Positions 18,478-26,958 of a stretch of DNA of 64,000 nucleotides are shown here, in pieces (position 1 is the stretch's first letter; each line of letters starts with the position of its first letter). The position numbers and the translations under genes were made by a program. Below the pieces are notes generated by a model. It saw only the letters and a program-made list of their open reading frames with translations. It had not been told where the DNA came from and made no database searches. The stretch lies in assembly GCA_037441285.1 (NCBI GenBank), contig JBBISL010000005.1:28869-92868 (forward strand), given 5' to 3'. The DNA comes from a candidate division WOR-3 bacterium (lineage in GTDB: Bacteria > Hydrothermota > Tepidihabitantia > Tepidihabitantales > Tepidihabitantaceae).

Positions 18478-18582
18478 CAGGTATCAACGGTAATTAATCT
18501 GCTTTTTTGAAATCGGCAGCGGGCGCTTTACTTTGACAGGGTGCAATTGAAAGGTAAAATTCCGTTAAGAAAGGAGATGAAG

Positions 18583-19128
18583 ATGCGGATAAAAACAGGT
18601 ATTTTCGCAGTTATAATACTTTGTTTTGGGTTGAGTATCGCCAGTGAGACTGATACACTTAAACCGTCTGCGGTATTTATTCATCCTGACGCCCGGGGTA
18701 AACTGCCGATAATTGGGAATGTGGCGGTGGCACTCAGCGGGGTTGACGAGCAGAGCACCCGATTGCTGGAAGATGCGCTGGCGCTACTTTTGCTTGCTGA
18801 GAGCGTCAAGGTGGTTTATCCTTCGGACAAGGATGTCGGTAAAATGCGCGCCCAACTGCCCGAACCGATTGAATGGGCGAAGAAACAGGGTGTGAATTGC
18901 CTTTTGACCGGAACCGTGGTGGCACGATGCACCCATTGTGCTCACGGTAAGTCGCGCTGCTCAAATGAAGGGATAAGGGCGGTTTCGTTTACCCTGGTGG
19001 ATGTGCCTGAGGACAAGATGCTCCTCTGGGCGCTTTATGAACCAACAAATACCGTGACCCCGACCGATTTTGCCCGGTCGTTTATCGGTTTAATAAAAGA
19101 AAACCTTAAAGAGGAGGAGAAAAAATGA
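18583..19128 (+). CDS. LpoB/TolB-N-like secreted protein
   Basis: Own promoter TTGACA-16-TAAAAT (18533-18560). AAGGAG lies 7 nt before the ATG at 18583. Signal peptide present. GNVAVALSGVDEQSTRLLEDALALLLLAESVKVV...QGVNCLLTGTVV fits the LpoB pattern. Confidence 0.5.
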   Translation: MRIKTGIFAVIILCFGLSIASETDTLKPSAVFIHPDARGKLPIIGNVAVALSGVDEQSTRLLEDALALLLLAESVKVVYPSDKDVGKMRAQLPEPIEWAKKQGVNCLLTGTVVARCTHCAHGKSRCSNEGIRAVSFTLVDVPEDKMLLWALYEPTNTVTPTDFARSFIGLIKENLKEEEKK

Positions 19129-19697
19129 AACGGCTGGCTTTTCTGGCGCCGGTGCTTTTATTCTTTGCCTGCGCCACATCTCATTATGTCCGTCCCGATG
19201 AGGTAACCGAATGGGACTACACTTATAGCGATACCGATATGAAGCTTCTTGCCGAAAAGATGGTGCAGTCACTGGCAGAGTTAAACCTGCCAGCACGGTC
19301 CGACACCGGCAAACCGGTACTGGCTTTTCTTGCCATTGGCAACCGGACCTCCCAGCACATCGACACCGAAGGGATTGCGGAGAAGATTATGGTGGCGCTG
19401 GTAAAACTGGGGAAGTTCCGGATTGTGGACCGAGAACTGTTGAAACAGCAGGCAAAGGAGATTGCGCTCCAGGAGACGCAACGGATTGATGTTGAGGGGG
19501 CGGTAAAACTGGGAAACCTCATCGGTGCCGACTACTTCCTTACCGGGGATGTGATGAGCATTGAGAAGACCAAGGGCGCGACAACGCTCGCCTATTACAA
19601 ACTGACGATGCGGCTGGTTAATGTCCGGACTTCAGAAATCGTCTGGGCGGATGAACAGGAACTGAAGAAGAAGAGCACCAAGTCCTGGTACGAGTAA
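19125..19697 (+). CDS. Penicillin-binding-protein activator LpoB homolog (lipoprotein)
   Basis: PVLAFLAIGNRTSQHIDTEGIAEKIMVALVKLGKFRIVDRELL...GAVKLGNLIGADYFLTGDV...YKLTMRLVNVRTSEIVW aligns motif-for-motif with the E. coli LpoB globular domain (VDSVNNRT...GKF.LVS...GAHYVLYSS...LQMQLMLVQTGEIIW). Confidence 0.6.
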   Translation: MKRLAFLAPVLLFFACATSHYVRPDEVTEWDYTYSDTDMKLLAEKMVQSLAELNLPARSDTGKPVLAFLAIGNRTSQHIDTEGIAEKIMVALVKLGKFRIVDRELLKQQAKEIALQETQRIDVEGAVKLGNLIGADYFLTGDVMSIEKTKGATTLAYYKLTMRLVNVRTSEIVWADEQELKKKSTKSWYE

Positions 19698-19704
19698 ACG
19701 GCTA

Positions 19705-20853
19705 ATGAGCCGAGCGGGCGTCCTTTTACTCCTGGGCGCGCTGTTTTTTATAACCTGCGTGCCGGTTGCGCCCACCGTACCATCAGCACCCACGCCCCGC
19801 TACTTCTCAAACCTCTCCTATGAAAATGCGATTGAACGGTATCGAAAAGTTGTTGAAGAGAAGTTTCAAAAGCAGGACCTTTCCTACATCCTTTCCCTTT
19901 TGAGTTACGGGATTACCAACTTTTACGGCGGAAAGCAGGCGGATGCCAAACGGGCGTTTCTCGCGGCGTACAAAGTTGATGCCGGTGAGCGTCCTGAGGC
20001 GGCAAAGCTTTATGACTGGTTGGTGGTGGATTCGAGAACAGTTTACAAATTGAAGAAGCGCGAGCGGGAACTGGTCCACTTATATCTCGGGCTGTGTTAT
20101 CTTTTTGAAAATAACCTTGAGGAGGCGCTGGTGGAGTTTAAAAAACTGCGCCAGTTTGACCAGGATGCTTCCACCCTCCCGATTGTCAACTTTTATACCG
20201 GACTGTTGTACGAGAAGATGGAGAAGTTTGATGATGCGCTGATTGAGTTCCGACAACTCGAAACACTCGGTATCAAAGGCTTGGTACGAAATGTTGAACT
20301 GATGCGGGACAGCGGTTATATCCTTGCCGGCGATTCAATTGAACTGGTGGTCCAGGTGGAGCATCAAACGGTTGGTTCAATCGGAAGAACAGAGGTATAT
20401 GCGGACAGTTCCCTTTTAGTGACGGTTCTACCTGAGGTGAGCGACAGTTTTGCGGTACGGTTAAGCCGAGCCGAGGCGAATCGTAAAGCAGCACAGGAGG
20501 CGGGTGCCAAAGCAGCGCGTATCGGGCTGCGGGTTTTATCGGCGGTGCTTCTGGAAAAGGCGTTGCCCGGTATCGGGGAAGAACTGGCGGACAATATCGC
20601 TGATATCACATTGGGCAAGGAGGAAGAGAATCGGGACATCCGTGCCTGGGGTTATGCACCATTAAACTTCGCCTTTGCCCGGATGCGGATTCCCAAGTCA
20701 ACCAGCAAGGCGCGGCTGGTGTTTTACAACCGGGCAGGCAGTATGCTGGGCTACTGTGACTATCCGCTCCGGGGCGAAAATAGCCGGGCGGCTTATGCGG
20801 CGGGGATGTTTTTCATCGTCGCCGGTCTGGCTGAGGAGTTTTATGTGTATTAA
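19705..20853 (+). CDS. Lipoprotein with helical/TPR-like repeats
   Basis: Lipobox FFITC. Helical repeat character (LYLGLCYLFENNLEEALVEFKKL..., YTGLLYEKMEKFDDALIEFRQL). No specific family recognised. Confidence 0.4.
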   Translation: MSRAGVLLLLGALFFITCVPVAPTVPSAPTPRYFSNLSYENAIERYRKVVEEKFQKQDLSYILSLLSYGITNFYGGKQADAKRAFLAAYKVDAGERPEAAKLYDWLVVDSRTVYKLKKRERELVHLYLGLCYLFENNLEEALVEFKKLRQFDQDASTLPIVNFYTGLLYEKMEKFDDALIEFRQLETLGIKGLVRNVELMRDSGYILAGDSIELVVQVEHQTVGSIGRTEVYADSSLLVTVLPEVSDSFAVRLSRAEANRKAAQEAGAKAARIGLRVLSAVLLEKALPGIGEELADNIADITLGKEEENRDIRAWGYAPLNFAFARMRIPKSTSKARLVFYNRAGSMLGYCDYPLRGENSRAAYAAGMFFIVAGLAEEFYVY

Positions 20854-20866
20854 AAAGGAGGTTAGA

Positions 20867-21280
20867 ATGAAGAGATTCTGGGCAGCAGCAGGCGGTCTGA
20901 TGCTAATCCTTGCCTGTTCAACCACGATTAACTCCCTCTGGATTAACCGGGAGACCGAAAGCCGGCGCTGGGTAATCAACAACCCGGTTCTGGCATCAGA
21001 CATCCGGGTGCTGGATGTAAAAGAAGAGGAGAGTGGCGGCGCGTTGATTGTCAATGTCCTGTTGAAGAATGGCTGGCATATGCCAATTGGTGGTAAGGTC
21101 AAGATGCTTTTTTACGACCAGAATGGCGTGCAACTTGATGACCCCTGGGGCTGGCATCAAATCAACCTCGAATCCAATCAGGAGCAGTGGGTGAAGTTCG
21201 TGGCACCAAAGCCCGCGGACCAGATTTCCAAGATGAAACTGATGATTCGGGGAATCAACCGCTACTCCTCTTCAGGCTAA
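20867..21280 (+). CDS. Small (138 aa) lipoprotein, possibly YcfL/DUF1425-like
   Basis: AAGGAGG lies 6 nt before the ATG at 20867. Lipobox MLILAC. The size and the position next to LpoB-like genes recall the E. coli ycfL-lpoB pairing. This is the weakest assignment in the block. Confidence 0.4.
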   Translation: MKRFWAAAGGLMLILACSTTINSLWINRETESRRWVINNPVLASDIRVLDVKEEESGGALIVNVLLKNGWHMPIGGKVKMLFYDQNGVQLDDPWGWHQINLESNQEQWVKFVAPKPADQISKMKLMIRGINRYSSSG

Positions 21281-21363
21281 GCGAGAACTTTCTTTGACCG
21301 GGATGTAATACAAACGCGAGAGCGTTAAAATTTCTGAATATTAGAGGATGTTAGTTAGGCATT

Positions 21364-22365
21364 TTGATGCTCTTATTTATTGCGCTTATCAGCGGTATTA
21401 TTGAGTTCCACGGCCAGGCAATTGGGCAAATCGGCATCAGTGATTCGTTAAGCCATTGCTCCGTAAATATGGAGGGGGAATACCGACCCAGAGTTGAGTA
21501 TGAATCTGTAACACCAACACGCAGACTTGACTTTGTGGCATCGGTGCGGGCGGCCATCGGCAGCGTAATTCATTCCAAGAACACCAGTTGCCGTGCGGAG
21601 ATAGACCTCTATCGGCTGTTTTTAAGTTATGGCAGTGAGCGTTATGAGGTACGCCTTGGTCTGCAGCAGATTAACTTCGGCTCGGCGATGATTTTACGAC
21701 CCTTGCGCTGGTTTGACCGAATTGACCCGCGCGACCCGCTTCAGACTACGGCGGGTGTTTACGGTGTGCTTTACCGGTGCTATTCGGGCAACGACAATGC
21801 CTGGTTCTGGGGGCTTATTGGTAATTCAAAACCCAAAGGGCTGGAGACAACCCCAACCCCGAAATGGTTTCCTGAGGCGGGTGCCCGGCTGGAAAAGGCT
21901 TTGTCGGGCGGTGAGATGGCAGGCAGTTTCCATCATCGCTGGACGGTTGTTGAGGGTGATACGGTACTGGAAGACAAGTTTGGTCTTGATGGTCGCTGGG
22001 ACATAGGTCCTGGTGTCTGGTTTGAAGGGACGCTGGTGCATACGGGTAAGCGGTGGCAAGGGCAAATAATGGGGGGTGTGGACCATACCTTTGGAATCGG
22101 CAACGGGTTGACCGTCCTTCTGGAACATATGATAACCAGTAATCATACAAACGGGCAAAATCTCTCAGCGCTGTCTTTAACCTATCCACTCGGGCTCAAC
22201 GACAACCTGAGTCAGTTGACATTCTTTGACTGGCAGGAGCACAAGCCCTATATTTATCTGGCTTGGCAGCATACGCTGGATAACTGGCAGTTCCTTATCG
22301 CCGGTTATTTCAATGCGGCGGGAAAGACGAGCGGGATAGTCAGTCGGGTATTTTTTAACCATTGA
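21364..22365 (+). CDS. Hypothetical outer-membrane beta-barrel-like protein upstream of the ABC/LolA-like module
   Basis: Aromatic-rich alternating pattern with a C-terminal aromatic residue. No family recognised. Confidence 0.3.
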   Translation: MMLLFIALISGIIEFHGQAIGQIGISDSLSHCSVNMEGEYRPRVEYESVTPTRRLDFVASVRAAIGSVIHSKNTSCRAEIDLYRLFLSYGSERYEVRLGLQQINFGSAMILRPLRWFDRIDPRDPLQTTAGVYGVLYRCYSGNDNAWFWGLIGNSKPKGLETTPTPKWFPEAGARLEKALSGGEMAGSFHHRWTVVEGDTVLEDKFGLDGRWDIGPGVWFEGTLVHTGKRWQGQIMGGVDHTFGIGNGLTVLLEHMITSNHTNGQNLSALSLTYPLGLNDNLSQLTFFDWQEHKPYIYLAWQHTLDNWQFLIAGYFNAAGKTSGIVSRVFFNH

Positions 22366-22371
22366 CAGGAG

Positions 22372-23079
22372 TTGAAGATGAATGACCGCCAGGTTATTAT
22401 CGAGACGATTAATCTAATAAAGCGTTATCCGATGGGACGGCAGGAACTGGTGGCACTCAAAGGGGTAAGTTTGAAGTTTTACCGCGGGGAGTTCAGTGGT
22501 GTTATCGGTCCTTCAGGTTCGGGCAAGACCACCCTGCTTAATATCATTGGAACCCTGGATGCGCCCAGTGCCGGTTCGGTCCTGGTGCTGAATGAGCGGG
22601 GGGAATCGCTTTCCCCGCAGCGGGCAGCGGAACTGCGCAGCCGGCATATTGGCTTTATCTTTCAGACCTTTAATCTTCTGCCGGTTTATACCGTTTACGA
22701 AAATGTTGAGTTCCCGCTTTTGCTCTTAAAAATACCGGCAAAAGAGCGAAGCAAAAAGGTGATGGCGGCGCTGGAATGGGTTGGGCTGGCAGACCGCGCA
22801 AACTCAAAACCTTCCCAGCTGTCGGGCGGTGAATGTCAAAGGGTGGCGATTGCCCGGGCGGTGGTAAAAGAGCCAGCGCTCATCCTTGCCGATGAGCCAA
22901 CCGCCAACCTTGATGCCGAGAACTCATATCATATTCTCACAACAATGGTAAAACTCAACCGAGAACTGGGTACGACATTTATCTTTTCCACCCACGACGA
23001 AAAGGTAATTAAGTTTTTGCGGCGTCGCATTAAACTGGTTGATGGTGCGGTGGTGGCAGATGAGGAGGTAAAAGGGTGA
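22372..23079 (+). CDS. ABC transporter ATP-binding protein (LolD/MacB/FtsE type)
   Basis: Walker A GPSGSGKTT, signature LSGGECQRVAIARA and Walker B ILADEPT. Size and order match LolD-like proteins. Confidence 0.85.
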   Translation: MKMNDRQVIIETINLIKRYPMGRQELVALKGVSLKFYRGEFSGVIGPSGSGKTTLLNIIGTLDAPSAGSVLVLNERGESLSPQRAAELRSRHIGFIFQTFNLLPVYTVYENVEFPLLLLKIPAKERSKKVMAALEWVGLADRANSKPSQLSGGECQRVAIARAVVKEPALILADEPTANLDAENSYHILTTMVKLNRELGTTFIFSTHDEKVIKFLRRRIKLVDGAVVADEEVKG

Positions 23080-24245
23080 GTGCGATTAAACTGGCGTTGC
23101 GCAACCTGCGCGGAGCAGGGATTAGAACCTGGCTCAATGGTTTTGCCCTGTCCCTGGCGTTTGTTGCGATTATCTTTGGTCAGGGGCTATTAGCAGGGGT
23201 AAACCGTCAGGCAGAAAGGTCATCAATAGATTTTGAGTTCGGGGGCGGACAGTTTTGGTGTGAAGGTTTTGACCCCTATGACCCGTTGACATTGGAGCAG
23301 TCACACCGGGTGCTACCAGATACGCTTGCGCAACTGGTAGAATCCGGTCAGGCGGTAGCGATTCTGGTTGTTCCCGGGACGGTTTTTGTTCAGGGAAGGA
23401 TGGTACCGGTACTGCTCAAGGGGATTTCAACGCCGCAGACCGTTTTGAAGATTCCGACACAAGTACTGATTGACTCAACCGGTGATTTACCGGTTTTGTT
23501 AGGGGCGCAAATGGCAAAGAAGTTGAATGTCAAGGTGGATGATTACCCGACACTGCAGTGGCGGGACAAAGAGGGCGCATTTGACGCCCGGGAGGTTCGG
23601 GTCGCAGGAATAATGCAGACAAGTGTCGGGACAATTGACCAGGGTCAGGTGTGGCTGCCCTTAAACCAGCTTGAGAATTTGACCGGGTTGGAAAGGCAGG
23701 CAACAGTCGTGGTTCTGAAACCCGGTGTGAAAGCGCCGCCCGTTGTTGAAGGCTGGGAGTTTCGCACTGCCGAATTTCTTCTTTCTGATTTGCGGCAGAT
23801 GATAAAGACAAAGACCGTGGGTCAGTCGATTATGTTTGTCGTGCTATTTCTTCTGGCACTCTTAGCGATATTTGACACCCAGGTGTTTTCTATTTTCCGC
23901 CGGCGCCGGGAGATTGGCACGCTCATCGCGCTGGGAATGACGCGCGGTGCGGTGATTGCGATGTTCACCTTTGAGGGTGCGATGTACGGGGTGCTGGCAG
24001 CGCTGTTGGGTGCGATTTACGGTACGCCGCTGTTCCTTTATCTAAGTGCCTATGGGCTGGCAATGCCGGGTGGAAATCAGTGGGGGTTTGCGCTTGAAGA
24101 GCGAATGTATCCGGCATGGACTGCAGGGTTGATTGTCGGCACAACGATACTGGTTCTGATTACCGCAACCGTTGTGTCGTATCTGCCAACCCGGCGCATC
24201 TTGAAACTGAAGCCAACCGACGCTCTCCGGGGAAAATGGGTATGA
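23076..24245 (+). CDS. FtsX/MacB-LolC-type ABC permease
   Basis: N-terminal TM, a large periplasmic domain and three C-terminal TMs. 4-nt overlap with the ATPase gene. Confidence 0.7.
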   Translation: MSAIKLALRNLRGAGIRTWLNGFALSLAFVAIIFGQGLLAGVNRQAERSSIDFEFGGGQFWCEGFDPYDPLTLEQSHRVLPDTLAQLVESGQAVAILVVPGTVFVQGRMVPVLLKGISTPQTVLKIPTQVLIDSTGDLPVLLGAQMAKKLNVKVDDYPTLQWRDKEGAFDAREVRVAGIMQTSVGTIDQGQVWLPLNQLENLTGLERQATVVVLKPGVKAPPVVEGWEFRTAEFLLSDLRQMIKTKTVGQSIMFVVLFLLALLAIFDTQVFSIFRRRREIGTLIALGMTRGAVIAMFTFEGAMYGVLAALLGAIYGTPLFLYLSAYGLAMPGGNQWGFALEERMYPAWTAGLIVGTTILVLITATVVSYLPTRRILKLKPTDALRGKWV

Positions 24246-25513
24246 CCGGTTTCATTATCAAAGGGCTGGTGCGGGATCGCAGTCGCAGCCTTTTCCCATT
24301 TCTGACGGTTGCGATTGGTGTTGCGCTGGTGGTATTTCTGGACGCCTATTTGCGCGGGACAGAGGACAGCGTTTTTGATACCACCGCCCGACTGGTGACG
24401 GGTCATTTGATGGTAACGACCCGGGCACAGGCGCAGGAAGGTGAAGCCGGTTCTCTGGAGACGGCGCTGTTCGGAGTCAAGGGTTTAAAGGCGGAGTTGA
24501 AAAGCAGGCATCCGGATATCATCTGGACCGAGCGCATCCGGTTCAGCGGCATACTTGATGTGCCCGATTCGCTGGGCGTGACCCGGGCACAGGTACCAAT
24601 TACCGGTTTGGCGGTTGACCTGACACCGGGCTCGGTTGAGCATCAACTTCTCCAGTTGGAGAAGGCGCTGGTGCGGGGCAGGATTCCGGAAGAGAGCCGC
24701 GAGATTTTGCTCAGCGAGGAGTTGTGTCAGCGGCTGGGAATTTCGCCGGGTGCGCGCCTTACCCTGATATCAATGACCGCAGAAGGCGGTATGGCAATTG
24801 CCGACTTCACGCTTGCGGGCACGGTGCGGTTTGGTGTTACCGCTTTAGACCGCAGTATGGTTATTGGCAAATTAGAAGGGGTGCAGGAGGCGCTCGGGCT
24901 GGAAGACGGTGCGAGTGAAATTGTGGGATTTTTTACGGACGGGGTTTATGACGACCGGCGCGCGGGGCAAATCGCCCGGGAGTACAACGCCGGTTTAAGC
25001 AGGATTGAAGACGAGTTTGCACCGATGATGCGGTCTTTACGGGAGGCAAGCGATTTGGGTTCACTTATTGACATCGTTTCGGGCGCTACCGGCTTAATAA
25101 CCCTGATATTCATTGTCGCGATGGCGGTGGTACTCTGGAATGCGGGATTGATGGGTTCACTCCGGCGTTACGGTGAGATTGGCATCCGGTTGGCGCTCGG
25201 TGAGTCCAAACCGGCGCTTTACCTTTCGCTTCTTGCCGAGGCGTTTTTTATCGGGCTGGTCGGTTCGGTTGCGGGCACGCTGGTCGGACTGGTGCCGGCG
25301 TATTATCTACAGAAGGTCGGGCTCAACATCGGCGGGATGATGAAAAATACCACGGTAGTAATAAGTGAGGTGCTGCGCGCCCGGATTGCACCGGCAAGTT
25401 TCTTTGTCGGATTCCTGCCCGGGTTGATGGCGACCTTTCTGGGCAGGGCGATTTCCGGGCTGGGAATTTTCCGGCGTTCAACCGCCCGGCTGGCAAAGGA
25501 GTTTTCCGAATGA
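24236..25513 (+). CDS. Second FtsX/MacB-LolE-type ABC permease
   Basis: Same topology as 23076-24245. The ATG at 24236 overlaps the preceding stop. Confidence 0.7.
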   Translation: MGMTGFIIKGLVRDRSRSLFPFLTVAIGVALVVFLDAYLRGTEDSVFDTTARLVTGHLMVTTRAQAQEGEAGSLETALFGVKGLKAELKSRHPDIIWTERIRFSGILDVPDSLGVTRAQVPITGLAVDLTPGSVEHQLLQLEKALVRGRIPEESREILLSEELCQRLGISPGARLTLISMTAEGGMAIADFTLAGTVRFGVTALDRSMVIGKLEGVQEALGLEDGASEIVGFFTDGVYDDRRAGQIAREYNAGLSRIEDEFAPMMRSLREASDLGSLIDIVSGATGLITLIFIVAMAVVLWNAGLMGSLRRYGEIGIRLALGESKPALYLSLLAEAFFIGLVGSVAGTLVGLVPAYYLQKVGLNIGGMMKNTTVVISEVLRARIAPASFFVGFLPGLMATFLGRAISGLGIFRRSTARLAKEFSE

Positions 25514-26229
25514 GCACAATTCTGGCTCTGCTACTGTTTTTTACCGGAGAACTGCCCAATGGTGATACGCTCCTTGTCCGAATTGATGAAAACATCTTTG
25601 TTAGGAGCCGGATGGTTGTTGCCAGTATGCGCATCACCGGCAGAAGGGGCATGCGGACCGTGCGCATCCGTTCTTATAGCCGGGGTGACAGCGCCTTTGT
25701 TGAGTATCTGGCACCGGAACGGGAAAGGGGCACCAAGATGCTGAAGTTAGGGCGTGACCTCTGGATTTACACACCAGAATCGGACCGGACAATCCGTATC
25801 TCCGGTCATATGTTGCGCCAGTCGGTAGCGGGTTCGGATTTGTCTTATGAAGATATGATGGAGGAGCCGCGTTTGAGTCAGATTTACAGCGCGGTTACAA
25901 CGGGCAGCGATTCAATCGATTCCAGACCGGTCTGGGTCTTAGAACTCAACGCCCGGAAACCGGATGTTGCCTATCCAAAACGAAGAATCTGGGTGGACCG
26001 CGAAAGGTTGATTGTGCTCAAAGAGGAACGGTTTTCCAAGAGTGGTAAGCCGTTAAAAAGAGCCGAGGTGCTTGAAACAAAATGGATTGACAGCCGCTGG
26101 CTCGCAACCCGGGTGGTTTTCCGCGACCTGTTGAAAACCGGAGCCGGCACCGAATTTGTCATTGAAGAGATGCATCAGGACATTTCAATTCCGCCCGCGC
26201 TTTTCACTAAGGCGTCATTGCGGCGGTAG
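25510..26229 (+). CDS. LolA-like outer-membrane lipoprotein-sorting protein
   Basis: Signal peptide present. KMLKLGRDLWIYTPESDRTIRISGHMLRQSVAGSDLSYEDM resembles the LolA-like family core. It overlaps the permease gene by 4 nt. Confidence 0.5.
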   Translation: MSTILALLLFFTGELPNGDTLLVRIDENIFVRSRMVVASMRITGRRGMRTVRIRSYSRGDSAFVEYLAPERERGTKMLKLGRDLWIYTPESDRTIRISGHMLRQSVAGSDLSYEDMMEEPRLSQIYSAVTTGSDSIDSRPVWVLELNARKPDVAYPKRRIWVDRERLIVLKEERFSKSGKPLKRAEVLETKWIDSRWLATRVVFRDLLKTGAGTEFVIEEMHQDISIPPALFTKASLRR

Positions 26230-26231
26230 GG

Positions 26232-26954
26232 TCAGACCGAACGCAGATACCCGGAAAATGATTTCGGATTTTCGACGGTTTTACCCGCTGTTCGGCTGAA
26301 TGCGCCCGGTCCGAACCCGATAACAGGCTTGTTGCCGGCTAAGGCGATAAGATGGTGGTTTTCTTTGCCGGGTAAGGCAAAGTGTCCGGGTAAAAACTGG
26401 TTATATTCACTGGTTAGTTTTTCGGTCAATTTGGGTTGGGCTGATTCTGGGTAAAATGTGATATGGTCGGGTTTGAGCGTAAGGATGCGGTTAAAGGCTG
26501 TTTCCGGAATTGCGACGGGCAGTTCAAATCCAACCGAGAAGAAGCCAGCATCTTGCAGGATGAGGAAGTCGTTTTCGGGCAGGGTTTGGGTATCAGGTTT
26601 GAGCCGTAATGTCATCTGGTCAAATCCAGATTCGCGCAGGACCTTTGCCCGTGCCAAATCCACGGTGTCGGGTAAAACGACGAATGTCTGTTCTTCAGGC
26701 TGGATTACAAGGTGGTCGTAAAGCGCCTGTAAAATCCGGTACAACTGGTCAAGGGTAAGGCAGGATGGTCCACAGCCACCAAAGTAGATGGTGGTAAAGG
26801 TGTGTTTGCGCTGGGTTTTGCTCCGGGAGCGAATTTCCCGAATAAGGGCGGTGACGAATTTTTCAGCGGTTTCCGGGTTATAAGGCAAGGGCTGGGTGCC
26901 AAATCGCCAGTCCGGTTCACTGCCAAACGGAACGGTGACGGTGATGCCGGACAA
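26232..26954 (-). CDS. HemW/HemN-like radical-SAM fold protein lacking the CxxxCxxC cluster cysteines (degenerate)
   Basis: TTG start 4 nt after the lepB stop. ITVTVPFGSEPDWRFGT-(~35 aa)-TIYFGGCGPSCL aligns to HemW LYIHIPFCxxxCxYCxF-(~35)-tIffGGGTPSlL with identical spacing, but with G, D and F at the three Cys positions. The track N-terminal 79 aa lie in another frame inside lepB and are discarded. Confidence 0.45.
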   Translation of the reverse strand: MSGITVTVPFGSEPDWRFGTQPLPYNPETAEKFVTALIREIRSRSKTQRKHTFTTIYFGGCGPSCLTLDQLYRILQALYDHLVIQPEEQTFVVLPDTVDLARAKVLRESGFDQMTLRLKPDTQTLPENDFLILQDAGFFSVGFELPVAIPETAFNRILTLKPDHITFYPESAQPKLTEKLTSEYNQFLPGHFALPGKENHHLIALAGNKPVIGFGPGAFSRTAGKTVENPKSFSGYLRSV

Positions 26955-26958
26955 GGGT

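Noticed and set aside
18478-18532. Possible terminator after 17263-18477 (AGCAG..18-nt loop..CTGCT + TTTTTT)
   Set aside because: The stem is only 5 bp with an 18-nt loop, so it would be weak at best. It is not listed as a feature.
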